Shown here: piece after piece, positions 61,901-64,000 of the stretch
Numbering within the stretch: the stretch's first letter is position 1
How the letters are laid out: the number at the start of each line of letters is the position of its first letter
Origin: Haplodiscus bocki
Taxonomy: Eukaryota
NCBI GenBank assembly: GCA_965655095.1
Contig: OZ296648.1
Location: 42,284,001-42,348,000, forward strand
Reading direction: 5' to 3'
DNA length: 64,000 nt
Position numbers and translations under genes: made by a program
Notes under the pieces: generated by a model
What the model saw: the letters and a program-made list of their open reading frames with translations, nothing else
Databases searched by the model: none
What the model was told of the DNA's origin: nothing

Positions 61901-64000
61901 TGATCACGGAGGTATGCAGTGTTTTGATAACTTCAGAGACGCGGAGGGTCTAGGGGCACGTTGGCTACAAAAATCAGTGGCTTTTGAATATCAAATTGTG
62001 CGTGCATCGCAGTGGAACAAGCATTAAACATGCTGACTTTATGTCTGGAAAGCCCTGTTAGGATGGCCCGCTGGACCACTTGCCGACGCATGAATGTATG
62101 CGGAGTTTCAAAGCAAAGCACCCAACTCAGAGAACGATGAGTCAAAAGACTCAATAAGGCCTTATTGACTCCGCAGGAGCAAGAAAAAGGAATCAGTCAC
62201 AATCCAAAAAGGCATGCGGAACCAAAGCTACTGCATCAACATTTCATTAAAATGGATGATGTTCAGGAAAGGAGGCAACAAAATTTTGACCAGCTACAGG
62301 TGTTCTGGTAAACAGAGATATCAAGGAAGGACGAACTAATAGAAGTGAATTGATTACTATTCGATTCCACAGATTCAAAAGCGCCTAGCATCTCATCAGA
62401 AACAAAACTGACTGCAAGTTTCCCTCAGCAGGATCGCAAACAAATCGCAACCACGTGCGCGAAAATGGCATCGTTGACCTCCAAGGAAGTAGTTTATGCA
62501 CAGAAAATTCTCCGAACAGTATCATTCGATTTTTCAGTTGATAAGCAAGCCAGAGGTTCCGGACAAACCAGTTCACAGTTTCCTACTTTTAGCATGCAAA
62601 GCTATGTTGCAACACGCGCAGAAACACAAAAATGAAGAAAAAGTGTACCAAGACTGTCGACATAAATAAAAAAGTTGACAATTGGAGACATTTTTTGAAT
62701 GTTTTTCACAATTCACACTTAACTTGAACACCAACATCAAAATGTCATTCTTAATGGAACACAGAGGCGAAGAATATGAGAAACTGAGTTGTAACAAGCA
62801 CTAGAAGTCGACCAGAGTCTTAGCTCTGTTTTTTCTTGGGTCAAGATCGGGGAACAACCCTATCACTCAGTACCGCAAGGCCAGTCAAGATGTATTTAGT
62901 TTCCCCAGAGCAAATTTGACACGCTTAGAGTCCTAATTGGTATCCTGTGCTAAAAGTTTGAAAATTCTACTACAAACTCAAGTCACTTGCAACTTTTGCA
63001 CCCAATGACAATGAGAGCCAATGTTTTGAAATCAATCCATAGTTAATCAATGGTTACCTATCAGCGAGATATAAAAACTCTCAAATTGATGCGAACTATG
63101 TTTATATGGCCATGATATGAGAAAGATGTAATTGTGTTTGTCTGAAGCTGTCTGGCTTGTCAGCGACACAACAGCACCGAGAGAACAATAGAAAATATAC
63201 GCAGAGTTTCATCAACTGCTCTCCCCGTTAGCAAGTTGCCCACATTGGTACTCTTTTCCTTCGACCGCTATCGGGCTCAAGTTGCAACTCGTGCATAGCT
63301 TTCATTGGTGATCTTTTTGTCTAGTGGTAAGAGGCAGACCCATTGTCAAACAGCTGAAGTGAGCGCTAAAACCATACTGCAACATTGGAACAGCCGCTTT
63401 GGCGTTCCCTCGAGTATTCAAACTGAGCAAGGGCGAGTCATTGAATCAAAACTTTTCCAATGTCTCATGCAGTCTATCATGATCGATAGAACACGAACTA
63501 CTTCCTTCCGTTCACAAGTCAAATCTCTAATGGAAAAAAAGAACCGAACATCAGTGAACTTGTTTATAAAAACTGTCGATGGTTTTCAAAGCAAGTGTAC
63601 TGAGAAGCTCCGGCATGTGATGATGGCATTTCGCACTTCCGTTGACGAAGCTACCGACTACACACCCTTGTTTCGTACTTTTGGTGAAAAAATGCACTTC
63701 TCCATTGAGGGTCAATATCCGTCACCAGAACTAAAGAACGATAGCTACGTGCATCTGTTTGCTCAAGAAAAACGTGTTGACACGCAACGAGCTCACCATG
63801 CACTAGGCTTCCATCTCCAAGTTTCTCAATTGAGATGCAACGCTTTTTTTAAACGTAAATCACATGGCCCCCGAAACACACATCTCGTGATACACTCTGG
63901 TCACATAGTTCCGTCGCTCCCAAAAGATTGACTCTTAAAATCTCATTCCCGTGGAAAGGTCCACACACCATTGTAGTGTCGTAATGATGTCACATAATAG
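58939..64000 (+). mobile_element. Decayed Ty3/Gypsy LTR retrotransposon internal region (gag-PR-RT-RH-IN), runs off the window
   Basis: PBS-like TGGTGCTACAG at 58939; protease AVCDTGLPVSC (~60070); RT YFSTNDMSWGFYQL..TTFSTSFGSLKWLLMP (~61070); RNase H FILYTYAGQQAVSAV (~61690); integrase RFGVPSSIQTEQGRVIES..TDYTP (63305-63931). Domain order PR-RT-RH-IN. Confidence 0.88.

Overview
AT-rich, repeat-dense animal genomic DNA; the species cannot be established from this window. The only recognisable host gene is ZRANB1/TRABID (3x NZF + AnkUBD + OTU deubiquitinase) on the minus strand. Its supported coding exons are 36358-34627, 34441-33945 and 12502-12276, with a candidate upstream exon near 53.1 kb. 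The last exon(s), carrying the catalytic His, were not found and probably lie left of the window. The large introns and flanks are packed with mobile DNA: a decayed Maverick/Polinton (ATPase, integrase, minor and major capsid), an RTE-type LINE with an (AAG)19 tail, two full-length hAT transposons with TIRs and perfect 8-bp TSDs, several MITEs, two PHD-ORF1 CR1/L2-like LINEs, older LINE and hAT relics, and Gypsy LTR relics at both ends. Most notable: two very divergent LINEs both have ORF1 and ORF2 in the same frame, separated by a single TGA followed by CTA, the classic leaky-stop context. This suggests programmed readthrough to an ORF1p-ORF2p fusion. One of these LINEs is also preceded by a separate SGNH-hydrolase-like ORF.
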